The notes under the pieces were generated by a model. That model saw only the letters and a program-made list of their open reading frames with translations. It made no database searches and had not been told where the DNA came from. Source: a bacterium (GTDB lineage Bacteria > UBA8248). From it: DNA of 64,000 nt. The stretch covers positions 2,816,001 to 2,880,000 of the forward strand of contig OZ253442.1 in NCBI GenBank assembly GCA_965261085.1, written 5' to 3'. Positions 9,131 to 18,070 of this stretch are shown here, piece after piece. The position numbers and the translations under genes were made by a program. Numbering within the stretch: the first letter of the stretch is position 1; each line of letters begins with the position of its first letter.

Positions 9131-10129
9131 TTAACTTCGAAACTTGGAAACTTCGACCGCCTGGCCTGTGTCCGCACTCTCGACGACGGCCTCCAGGACA
9201 GCCACAACCTCAATGCCCTCCGGGCCGCTTACCTCGGGCTTGGCCCCTTCGCGGATGCATTTGGCGAATTCCGCCATCTGCTCGGCCATGCAATCGCCCG
9301 GCTCGCAGGGGAGTTCCTCGCGCGCCTGCTGGTCCACCTTCTGGAAGTAGAGTTTCGAACCTTCCTCCTCGCTCCAGGCGTTGGCCTGGGTGCCGAAGAC
9401 GGCATTCGAGCAGATCTTCGGTATGACGAAGGTCGAATTGATGTAGCCGAGCGGGCCGCTCTCGAATTCGAGAATGATAGACGTTACATCGTTGATATTT
9501 CCCTTTCCAAGGAGCTTTTTGCTGAACGCGCAAAGCCGCTTCACGGGACCTGCCAGGTAGTGCAGGTTATCCACCATGTGGACGCCCAGAGCCGTCATGG
9601 CGCCGGCCGGGCATTCGGCGGTGTCGTTCCGCCAGCCTTGGCGAGGGTTCTGCCCCCCGGCCAGAGAGAGGTTTCCCTCCACCTGATGGATCATCCCCAT
9701 CTCACCGTTGTCGATCATCTCGCGGAGGCGGCGGTTACCCCCCTGCTTGCGGCGATTATGGCCGATCTGGAGGGTGACGCCCGCCTTCTGTGTCGCCTCG
9801 TAGGCCTTGCGCCCGTCGGCGGCGGTCAGCGTGAGAGGTTTCTCGACAAACACGTGTTTTCCTGCGGAAGCCGCCTGGCGAATGATATCCACGTGGGTAG
9901 AGTGTGGGGTGGCTAGCAGGATCCCTTCCACCTCGGAATCGCTCAGCAATTCGTCCAAACTTGCCGCCTGGCGGCAACCGACCTTTTCTGCGAACGACTT
10001 GCGCCCTTCCTCGCTTCGCGCGAAACAGCTAACAACCTCGGCCGCTCCGCTGCGGTCCACTGAACCCGCCAGCATAGCCCCCCACCCACCAAGACCTACC
10101 GACGCCAGACGCACCTTATCTTCAGCCAC
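9131..10129 (-). CDS. Gfo/Idh/MocA family oxidoreductase
   Basis: VGLGGWG, ATPHSTH, AGKHVFVEKP, GVHMVD; GTG start after AAAGGAG. Confidence 0.9.
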   Translation of the reverse strand: MAEDKVRLASVGLGGWGAMLAGSVDRSGAAEVVSCFARSEEGRKSFAEKVGCRQAASLDELLSDSEVEGILLATPHSTHVDIIRQAASAGKHVFVEKPLTLTAADGRKAYEATQKAGVTLQIGHNRRKQGGNRRLREMIDNGEMGMIHQVEGNLSLAGGQNPRQGWRNDTAECPAGAMTALGVHMVDNLHYLAGPVKRLCAFSKKLLGKGNINDVTSIILEFESGPLGYINSTFVIPKICSNAVFGTQANAWSEEEGSKLYFQKVDQQAREELPCEPGDCMAEQMAEFAKCIREGAKPEVSGPEGIEVVAVLEAVVESADTGQAVEVSKFRS

Positions 10130-10203
10130 GGTTTCTCCTTTTTTTAAAAAATTTATAACGATTGCCCTCTGCCGAATTCCACCTCCGGCAGGCTGCAAAT
10201 AAC

Positions 10204-10237
10204 AGAAAAGGCGCGGGGGGTTCGCGCCCCCCGCGCC
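10204..10237 (-). terminator. Rho-independent terminator downstream of the solute-binding protein gene
   Basis: GGCGCGGGGGG/CCCCCCGCGCC stem followed by TTTT on the minus strand. Confidence 0.7.
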
Positions 10238-10272
10238 GTGATCCCGTGTTGCGAGCTGCCTCCGTTACTTCA

Positions 10273-11826
10273 TCATGAACCAGGAGTCTTCATCACGAAG
10301 CTCCAAGGCAGTGTCATCTCATCGTAGCGCATCTTGTAGTCAAGAACCTTCGTGTTTACGCCGTACACATCATGGCTCTTGGCGATAGGCTTGTGAGTGG
10401 CATTATTGTGCATGAACCAGTTTGCCTCCTCGAGCCGCTTCTGCTGAAGGGCCGAGTCGGCGGTCCTTAGAGCCTTGTCGATCATCGTTTCATATTCCTT
10501 GTAACAATGAGGGCTCCATTTTCCGCCGCAGGACATGACACCGCGGAAGCTGTTGCCCGGTATGCCGCCCTGGTTGCCATAACTGGAAATAAACATCATG
10601 TTTCCTTTTAACGTACCCTTCGCGTATTTCTTGAAATTGCCTCTCCAGACCCGTTTCGAGGAGGCTTGGCATTTTGCGTCAACACCAATTTTTTGCACCA
10701 TATTGACGATCGCCTCACACATTTCAACATCAGCCGGGATCGTGTTTCGTGGGGAGATCATGGTCAATTTGAAACCCTTGCCAAAGCCCGATTCCTTCAA
10801 GAGCTTCTTCGCCTTGGCCAAGTCATAGGGATACCACGATTTCATCTTGGGGTTGTAGCCGGCCGCCATCCCCTGGTGGATCAACTGGAACCAGGGATCG
10901 GCGCGGTTCTGCAAGAGGGTCTTGATGATGAGCGGCGTGTTAATGGCGTGGCTTACCGCCTGGCGAACCTTGACGTTCGCCATGGGCCCACCATGCTTGG
11001 TCAGGTAGCCGACGTAATAGATACGGATGCTGGGGGTGGTAAGCACCTTCAGGCCCGGTTTGGCGTTGATTTGCTTAATGAACTGGGGCGCCACCCTCAT
11101 CGCGAAGTCAATTTCGCCGGTCGTCAGGGCCTTCACGCGGGTCGTGGGCTCCCGGATAATGCGAATGATGAGGGTCTTGGGCCGGTTGGGATATTTTTCA
11201 TTGCCCCACCACAGGGGATTCGCTTCCATCACGAACCTCTGGCCCTTTTTCCATTCTTTGAGGACGTAGGCGCCCGAGCCATAGCTCCCGGTTGCGATTT
11301 GGGCGTATGTCAGACCCTTGACAGCCTTGCGGTTGATGACGTGACCCCAGGTTCGCATCAGGGCCGGCAGGTCATTCATCGGGCCTTTTGCGTGGATGTA
11401 GAAGTTTCGATCGTCGATGATCTCCACCCCTTTGATGTCCTTGTAATAGGACTTCACCGAACTCTGCAGGCCTTCGTCCTCCCAGACGCGGTGGAGGGAA
11501 AACTTAACATCCGCGGAGGTGACAGGTGTTCCGTCGGCGAATACCGCGCCCTTGCGCAGGGTGAATTTGAATTTCGAGGCGCTAACGCGCTCGAATTTTT
11601 CGGCCAGCCAGCCGTAGAGTTTGCCCGTTTTCAAGTCCGCCTGAACGAGGGTATCGTAGGTCCACGGCCACAGCATGGTGCCCATGAAACCGGGGGTTTT
11701 TCCCGGGTCCCAGGTTGCCGGTTGTCCATGGACAGCGAGCCTGAGCGTTCCCTTAAAGGCCTCGGCGCGATGCGCGGCGAAGCCTAGAAGGGTCATAATG
11801 AGAAGAGCGACCAACCACTTTCGCAT
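10273..11826 (-). CDS. ABC transporter solute-binding protein, family 5 (DppA/OppA-like)
   Basis: Signal peptide (AEA), F.LRKGAVFADGTPVTSADVKFS, GSGAY, VRQAVSHAIN, YDLAKAKKLLKESG. Confidence 0.9.
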   Translation of the reverse strand: MRKWLVALLIMTLLGFAAHRAEAFKGTLRLAVHGQPATWDPGKTPGFMGTMLWPWTYDTLVQADLKTGKLYGWLAEKFERVSASKFKFTLRKGAVFADGTPVTSADVKFSLHRVWEDEGLQSSVKSYYKDIKGVEIIDDRNFYIHAKGPMNDLPALMRTWGHVINRKAVKGLTYAQIATGSYGSGAYVLKEWKKGQRFVMEANPLWWGNEKYPNRPKTLIIRIIREPTTRVKALTTGEIDFAMRVAPQFIKQINAKPGLKVLTTPSIRIYYVGYLTKHGGPMANVKVRQAVSHAINTPLIIKTLLQNRADPWFQLIHQGMAAGYNPKMKSWYPYDLAKAKKLLKESGFGKGFKLTMISPRNTIPADVEMCEAIVNMVQKIGVDAKCQASSKRVWRGNFKKYAKGTLKGNMMFISSYGNQGGIPGNSFRGVMSCGGKWSPHCYKEYETMIDKALRTADSALQQKRLEEANWFMHNNATHKPIAKSHDVYGVNTKVLDYKMRYDEMTLPWSFVMKTPGS

Positions 11827-12080
11827 AGTACCTTCCTCCTTTGAGCAATAGAGTGATAATTTCTTCATTACAAATGAAACCTGTTGCGCTGTTTCTTGGA
11901 GCGGTGACGCAAATGCACGCTGAAACATAATATTCTGCGTCGTTAAAAGTATTTAGCAAAACATAATGTATCATAATATAGAAGAGGTCAAGCAAGTAGA
12001 TAGCCACTATTTGGCATTCAGTCGCGACCAATTCAGGAAAACTTCACGGGAGCAGCAACTGGAAATCAAGGAGAAATTTC

Positions 12081-12400
12081 ATGTCCGAAGGTATCTCCCC
12101 CGCCCCCGTGGACGGGGATTATGTCGTCAAACTGGCGTAAGAACTGATACAGATTCCGGCGGAGAACCCGCCGGGAGATTACCCGGAGGTTGCCGAGCGA
12201 ATCATGGGCGAGCTTAAAGCGCCTGGTGTGGATCGCATCGAAACCCACGAGTTCGTTTCGGGCCGGCCGAACTTCATCATCCAGGCCGGCGAGGGGGCGC
12301 GGGCGGTTCGTGCGGCCACTTCGTTATCGGCGGCCACTTGGACACGGATGGTGTGTAACGGCGAGCCCTTCCAGGTCGTTCTGGTCGGCAGGTTCGGAGG
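12081..12400 (+). pseudogene. M20/ArgE-DapE family metallopeptidase, N-terminal remnant
   Basis: RBS AAGGAG and ATG 12081: MSEGISPAPVDGDYVVKLA*ELIQIPAENPPGDY...GRPNFII, with an internal TAA; the rest is degraded. Confidence 0.65.
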
Positions 12401-12546
12401 AAGGCTTGCTCAGAGTTGTCTTGACCGCAGCGGAAAAGATGTACATCATTCATTCTATTCATGCGCAAAACACTTTTGAACAGGTACAGTATCCAGGCAA
12501 CTTTTGAATCGTAGAATCTATTTTATTTTCGAGGGTAGTATTTTTT

Positions 12547-13482
12547 ATGCGCGCCTATATCATCCGCGGCCTACTGCAGAGTTTGATTGTCCTGTGGATG
12601 GTCCTCCTCATCGTCTTCTTGATGCTCCACATGACAGGGGACCCGGCCGACGTCCTGATGCCCGATGAAGCCACCTTAGAAGAAGTTGCCGCGTTCAACA
12701 AAGAAAGGGGCTTCGATAAGCCGATCTACGTCCAATACTTTAACTTCCTGTTCGGCCACAAAAAGAACAAGGGCGTTTTGAGGGGCGATTTCGGTGATTC
12801 GTTCTACCACAATGTCCCCGCCATGGGCCTTGTCACCGAGCGCATTCCCGCCACGGTAATTCTCGCCGTTTTCGCCCTTTTTGTGGGGCTTGTGATCGCC
12901 ATCCCAACCGGGATATTCTCGGCCGTTTTCCGTAAAACCTGGATCGACTATTTCAGTTCGGTTTTGTCGATGGCGGGCCAGTCCATCCCCAACTTCTGGC
13001 TGGGCCTAATGCTTATTATCCTATTCTCTGAAATTCTCGGGTGGCTGCCGACATCGGGCTACCGGGAGGCGAAGAGCATCATCCTGCCGGGACTGGCTGC
13101 CGGTCTCTACGCCACGGCCCGCATCATGCGGATTACGCGCTCGACACTGCTTGAGGTAATGTCCCAGGACTTCGTGAATACGGCGCGCTCGAAGGGAATC
13201 ACCGAGGCCTTGGTCATCGGCCGCCATGCCCTCAAAAACGCATCAATCCCCATTGTCACCATCATCGGCCTAGAACTTGGCGGCTTGCTCAGCGGGACGG
13301 TGGTCATCGAAGTCATCTTTGCCTGGCCAGGGGTGGGTTGGCTGGTGGTGGAATCTATCAATGTCAACGACTATCCGGTTGTCCAGGCGGCGGTGGCCCT
13401 GCTTTCGTTCATGTTCGTGGGCGTCAATCTCGCCGTGGACATCATTTATGCGTGGCTCGATCCGCGCGTTTCATACAATTAG
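12547..13482 (+). CDS. ABC transporter permease (DppB/OppB-like)
   Basis: GDFGDSF, SIPNFWLGL, EAA loop DFVNTARSKG, RHALKNA, LDPRV. Confidence 0.92.
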   Translation: MRAYIIRGLLQSLIVLWMVLLIVFLMLHMTGDPADVLMPDEATLEEVAAFNKERGFDKPIYVQYFNFLFGHKKNKGVLRGDFGDSFYHNVPAMGLVTERIPATVILAVFALFVGLVIAIPTGIFSAVFRKTWIDYFSSVLSMAGQSIPNFWLGLMLIILFSEILGWLPTSGYREAKSIILPGLAAGLYATARIMRITRSTLLEVMSQDFVNTARSKGITEALVIGRHALKNASIPIVTIIGLELGGLLSGTVVIEVIFAWPGVGWLVVESINVNDYPVVQAAVALLSFMFVGVNLAVDIIYAWLDPRVSYN

Positions 13483-13502
13483 CGCAGGCGGAGGCAAGAA
13501 AC

Positions 13503-14438
13503 ATGGCGATGGACAACCCCCTAGACGCCGGCGACGCCTCCCGCTTCGATCAGGATTTGGACGAGCGCGGCCCCTCAGATTTACAACTGGCGCTGCGCGA
13601 TCTTTTAAAGCGGCCTCCGGCGCTCTTTGGAGTTTTCTGCATTATCATCACAATCCTTTGGGCTATCGTCCCCGGTCTTTTCTCGCCCCATGACCCCTTG
13701 TCTCAGGACCTGTTGCGTCACCTGAAGCCCCCGGGTTTCGTGGACGAAGCGGGCAACACTTATTGGCTCGGCACGGACCGGCTCGGGCGCGACATCTTGA
13801 GCCGAATCATCTGGGGCTCGCGTGTCTCACTCGCTGTGGGCTTTGCCGCCGTCTTTATAAGCGGTTTTATCGGGGTAGCAACGGGACTCGTTGCGGGCTA
13901 CTACGGGGGCAAAATTGACGCCGTGATCAGCAGGGTTGTAGACACCGCCCTCGCGATTCCGTTCGTCCTGCTCGCGATATCCATCATTGCGATCCTGGGA
14001 GCAAGCCTCCAGAACATCGTTCTCGCCATCTCCCTAAGGACGTGGACCGTCTACACGAGGGTGGTACGCGGAGGGGTCTTCGCATTAAAAGATACCGACA
14101 TGGTCACGGGAGCAAAATCCGCCGGCTGCAGCACCGCCCGGATCATGATCATTTATCTCCTTCCCAACGTATTTTCTTCCTGCATCGTGGTGGCCACCAT
14201 TTATCTGGGCCGTATGATCATCATCGAATCCTCTTTTTCCTTCCTGGGCATGGGCGTGCCCCCCCCGACCCCGACCTGGGGCGGGATGCTCGCCGAGGGC
14301 CGCGGATTCCTCGACACCGCCTGGTGGCTCACCCTCTTTCCCGGCGTGACGCTCACGCTGACCGTATTAGGAGTCAATCTCCTGGGGGATTGGCTTCGGG
14401 ATGTGCTCGACCCCAGGATGAAGCGCCTGGACGACTAG
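13503..14438 (+). CDS. ABC transporter permease (DppC/OppC-like)
   Basis: LGTDRLGRDILSRIIWGSRVSL, ESSFSFLGMGV, WGGML, GDWLRDVLDPR. Confidence 0.92.
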   Translation: MAMDNPLDAGDASRFDQDLDERGPSDLQLALRDLLKRPPALFGVFCIIITILWAIVPGLFSPHDPLSQDLLRHLKPPGFVDEAGNTYWLGTDRLGRDILSRIIWGSRVSLAVGFAAVFISGFIGVATGLVAGYYGGKIDAVISRVVDTALAIPFVLLAISIIAILGASLQNIVLAISLRTWTVYTRVVRGGVFALKDTDMVTGAKSAGCSTARIMIIYLLPNVFSSCIVVATIYLGRMIIIESSFSFLGMGVPPPTPTWGGMLAEGRGFLDTAWWLTLFPGVTLTLTVLGVNLLGDWLRDVLDPRMKRLDD

Positions 14439-14498
14439 CGCACCCGCAGATGTAGCTGATCTGTCTCCTATATTTGAACTTTTTTCGGCTCCCAAATA

Positions 14499-15536
14499 AT
14501 GGAAAGGGAAATCATGACAAGAATTTTTGTGCCTCAACCGATTCCGGAGGTCGCAGCCGCTGAACTCGATAAACTGGGCGAGGTGACCACATATCCACAT
14601 GTTGACCGCATGATTCCAGAATCAGAGCTGCTGGAAGCCGTGCGCGACAAACACATACTGTTCGGCATAGGGGAGATCCCCTTTAACGAGCAGGTGTTCG
14701 ACGCGGCGAAAGAGTTGCAGTTTGTCTCCGTTATGCATGGGTCAGCGAAGTTCATTGATTTCGCAGCGGCGACGCGCCGCAACATTCCGGTCTCGGGGCA
14801 AAAAAGCATGACCCAAAAAACAACAGCGGAATTCACATTCGCTCTTTTGATGGCGACGGCGTGGCGATTGCCGGAGGCGGATACATTCCTCCGAGAGGAT
14901 CGCTGGCGGCAGAATCAGTCGATGGCTTTCATGGGTACGCGCCTCTTCGGCAAGACACTCGGAATCGTCGGGATGGGCCGAATCGGGCAACTGGTGGCGC
15001 GCAAAGCCGCCGCTTGCGATATGCGCATTACCTACAACAAGCGCACCCCCCTGAGCCCGGCGGAGGAATTTGTTCTCGGTTCAGCCGAATTTCGCACCCT
15101 TGACGATTTGTTTACCGAAGCGGATTTCATCGCATTAACCCCGGCGCTCACCAAAGACACGGTGGGTCTCATCGATGAACACCTTATCTCTCTCATGAAG
15201 CCGAGCGCCATTCTGATTAACACTTCGCGCGGACTAGTTTTGGACGAGGCGGCCCTGGAGAAAGCCCTGAGAGAAAAGCGAATTCGGGGCGCCGGGCTGG
15301 ACGTCTATCATACCGAGGTTCCCGAGCCCAATCCGGGGCCGATAGCGGGGCTCAAGAGCCTTCCGAATGTCGTTCTTACGCCGCACATAGGCAGCGCGGG
15401 CCGCGAGACGCGCGAGGAGATGGCCTTGCGTACGGTGATGAATATCGATCGCTTCATCGCCGGAAAGCGGCCGTATGATGTCTTTAACCCCGAAATTTAT
15501 GGCGAGGCGGCCATTACGGACGAGGTCATCGGATAG
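14499..15536 (+). CDS. D-isomer-specific 2-hydroxyacid dehydrogenase (glyoxylate reductase-like)
   Basis: GIVGMGRIG, INTSRG, GAGLDVY, TPHIGSA. Confidence 0.9.
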   Translation: MEREIMTRIFVPQPIPEVAAAELDKLGEVTTYPHVDRMIPESELLEAVRDKHILFGIGEIPFNEQVFDAAKELQFVSVMHGSAKFIDFAAATRRNIPVSGQKSMTQKTTAEFTFALLMATAWRLPEADTFLREDRWRQNQSMAFMGTRLFGKTLGIVGMGRIGQLVARKAAACDMRITYNKRTPLSPAEEFVLGSAEFRTLDDLFTEADFIALTPALTKDTVGLIDEHLISLMKPSAILINTSRGLVLDEAALEKALREKRIRGAGLDVYHTEVPEPNPGPIAGLKSLPNVVLTPHIGSAGRETREEMALRTVMNIDRFIAGKRPYDVFNPEIYGEAAITDEVIG

Positions 15537-16056
15537 CCGAGGAGACGATTGTTTTACTTCCGGGAACCCTTGCGTCTTGAAATAATTGGATCTCCGCCAT
15601 GTCTACAACCTGTGGGTGGCGAATTAGTAATTCCACATAAAATCAATCACTTCTTCGTCTCTCCAAAGAAGGCTCGATGTTCACTCACTATTATGCACAA
15701 CAGAGTTGCACTGCCGGTCGAGCGTCCTTTGTTCATCATTGAATAAAAAGGCGCGCCGATTAATAAAGAGGGAATGATCCAACGATATCGTTCCAGGATG
15801 AGTGCTACATCAAAGGGACATCACCCTACTTGAATTTCTATCGTTACTTTGCAAAGTTTCTTTGTCGCCATTTGGCTGAGGTAGATGCACCACGTCCCGT
15901 CCATATGTCACGTTTTGCGATCGGCAAGCCCAACACAAACTGTGTTTGGATTCGGATTGACAAAGATTGGACATATCGGAAATTGGCCCCGTTAATTGGC
16001 GAACATCAATACGCCGCACACGGTGGCCTCTCGTTGTATATGGTGACCGAAAGGAA

Positions 16057-16325
16057 CTACCTCTCCACGCTCACGCCAACCGAGGGCGAGATCTGCGCCC
16101 GTGGCAGGCCGAAACCGTGACAGCGCCGAAGAATGTCACGTATAGCCATCATGTCGGTTCTCTTCATCGAGCCTTGTCTCCTCTCTTCAATCGACGGATC
16201 GATGAGGCAGAGCCGTGAGAGGTTCGGCGCGCCCAGGAACGTGGATTCCGTTGCGGCCTGACAGCCGGCTGGCCCGTGCCGGAAACCCGGCCCCGGATGG
16301 CCAAATCCGTCCGGATTTCGCACTT
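16057..16325 (-). mobile_element. IS21-family (IS408-like) remnant: left end plus the first codons of istA
   Basis: MKRTDMMAIRDILRRCHGFGLPRAQISPSVGVS resembles the IstA N-terminal HTH. Upstream TGCGAAATCCGGACGGATTTGGCCA resembles an IS21-type terminal repeat. Confidence 0.6.
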
Positions 16326-16354
16326 TGACACATCAAATATGCGCCTGATAACAT
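16325..16354 (+). promoter_or_regulatory. Putative sigma70 promoter for the Liv-like operon
   Basis: TTGACA-18 nt-TAACAT. Confidence 0.4.
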
Positions 16355-16429
16355 AAAGGCATTAACTGCCAGTTGATGAAATATGGAAGTTTCAATGCGC
16401 TAGTCAATCTCTAAAATAGGGGGTTCAAG

Positions 16430-17614
16430 ATGCGCGACTCAATCTCTATCAGGCGGCGGCTTCAAATTACCGTAACCGCTGTAGTATTCGGTTTGGCAGC
16501 CGTAGTTATTGCGCCCTTTGGCGATCGCGCCGAGGCAGCGAAAGTATTGCGGCTGGGCGTACTCGGCCCGCTTACCGGCGATCTTGCGTTCGGTGGTCAA
16601 TTCCAGCTCAAGGGGGCCCAACTGCAGGCCGAATTGCTGAACAAGATGCAGAACAAGATCAAGATCGAGATCATCGCCGAGGATGATGAATCCAAATGTG
16701 ATGTCTCGGTCTCGGCTGCACGCAAGCTGATCGCGCGTGACAAGGTTCATGCGCTCCTCGGCGCATGGCAGAGCACTTGTACGCTCGCTATCGTTCCGAT
16801 CACTGCAGCGGCGAAAATTCCGCAATATACAACGAGTGTTGCGGGGCCGATTACCCAACAGGGTTCCAAGTGGATCTTCCGGGTTGCCGTTCCGACCAAG
16901 GGCCTGAATATAGCAACCATCACTTACGCCGTTAAGAAACTTGGTCTGAAAAAGGTTGCCATCCTTTCGTCCAATGAGGAGGTCGGAAAATCCTTTTCCG
17001 CCAGTACCGTCGCTGCATTGAAAACGCATGGGCTCAAGCCCGTAACAAGACAGGAATATGCGCGTGGCGACAAGGACTTCACGGGCCAACTCGGCCGTAT
17101 CAAGGCCACGGGCGCAGATGCCATCATTATGGCGACGGGTTTCCAGGAGCAGGCTATCATTGCCCGCCAGGTGAAAGAACTCGGCATGAAGGTTCGGCTT
17201 CTCGGTGGCGATACCATTGGCGGGAATCCGAAGTTCGTTGACCTCGGCGGCAAGCACGTAGAGGGATTGGTGTTCGCCACGACCTTTATCCCCGTAAGTT
17301 CCGACAAGCGTCTGGCGCCCTTCATGAAGGCCTACATTGCGAAATTCAATGAACGTCCCGACCCTTGGGCCGGCGAGTTCTATGATGCGGTGGGTCTGAT
17401 ATTCGAAGCGGTCAAAGCCAACGGCTACGTCCCCGACAGCAAACAGATAGGCGCGTTTACGCGCAATCTCACCAGCGCGAAAAACAGCTACAGCGGTATC
17501 TTGGGCAACGTCTATTTTGATAAAACCGGAGACGGCGCCTGGGAGCCGATAATCGGGGAAATTGTCGATACCAAGAATGCCAACGGAGAATTTTGGCGGT
17601 CTCTCGGTCGATAG
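16430..17614 (+). CDS. Branched-chain amino acid (Liv/HAAT) ABC solute-binding protein
   Basis: Signal peptide, LGVLGPLTG, IAEDDES, ARKLI, DFTGQL..IK, YDAV. Confidence 0.9.
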   Translation: MRDSISIRRRLQITVTAVVFGLAAVVIAPFGDRAEAAKVLRLGVLGPLTGDLAFGGQFQLKGAQLQAELLNKMQNKIKIEIIAEDDESKCDVSVSAARKLIARDKVHALLGAWQSTCTLAIVPITAAAKIPQYTTSVAGPITQQGSKWIFRVAVPTKGLNIATITYAVKKLGLKKVAILSSNEEVGKSFSASTVAALKTHGLKPVTRQEYARGDKDFTGQLGRIKATGADAIIMATGFQEQAIIARQVKELGMKVRLLGGDTIGGNPKFVDLGGKHVEGLVFATTFIPVSSDKRLAPFMKAYIAKFNERPDPWAGEFYDAVGLIFEAVKANGYVPDSKQIGAFTRNLTSAKNSYSGILGNVYFDKTGDGAWEPIIGEIVDTKNANGEFWRSLGR

Positions 17615-17627
17615 CGTTTACTTGCAG

Positions 17628-17674
17628 CTCACGGCAGTCCGGTTGCTTGCAACGGGACTGCCGTGGGTGGTTTT
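17628..17674 (+). terminator. Stem-loop/terminator after the solute-binding protein gene
   Basis: CACGGCAGTCC...GGACTGCCGTG stem followed by a short T run. Confidence 0.55.
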
Positions 17675-17709
17675 CGGTCCGGCGACTTGAGGGTTGATGG
17701 CCTCATCGC

Positions 17710-18043
17710 TTGAAGATCGGCGCGACAACTGTCAATCACGGGTGGTGCGTTACGTTCCAATTGCCCGAGGTCACCATGCCGAGCAACCTGTTCCAGAAAA
17801 TTTCCGCCTTGATTGATAACCTGCGACTAAAACCCGCCCCGGCGTAGGCCGAGGAAATCCGCGGCGAGGCAAAACGACGGAAGAGGTGTCTGGATGACGA
17901 GAAAACTGGCCGAATAGGCTTCGTAACACGCCCAGATCACCAAAATCAGACCGCCGGATGCCGGCGGTGGAGACCCCATCCCAGCGGTAGTGAAATTCGG
18001 GTATGATCACCACGGAATTGAAGGTTACCCGAGGAATGCAGGA
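17710..18043 (+). mobile_element. IS1380-family remnant (transposase C-terminus plus probable right end)
   Basis: 17710-17847 reads LKIGATTVNHGWCVTFQLPEVTMPSNLFQKISALIDNLRLKPAPA*, like the IS1380 C-terminus (KIGAKVVRHGRYVTFQLAEV...PAPA). Confidence 0.65.
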
Positions 18044-18070
18044 TCAATACAAACGACGCGGAACGGTGAA

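Noticed and set aside
8778-9134. 118-aa plus-strand ORF between two minus-strand oxidoreductase genes
   Set aside because: No motif and no convincing RBS; cannot be supported as a gene, although a small remnant is possible.
10666-11787. Long antisense ORFs (also 16439-17257, 24578-25495, 34416-35564, 36307-37656)
   Set aside because: They mirror well-supported genes, as expected from high-GC codon bias.
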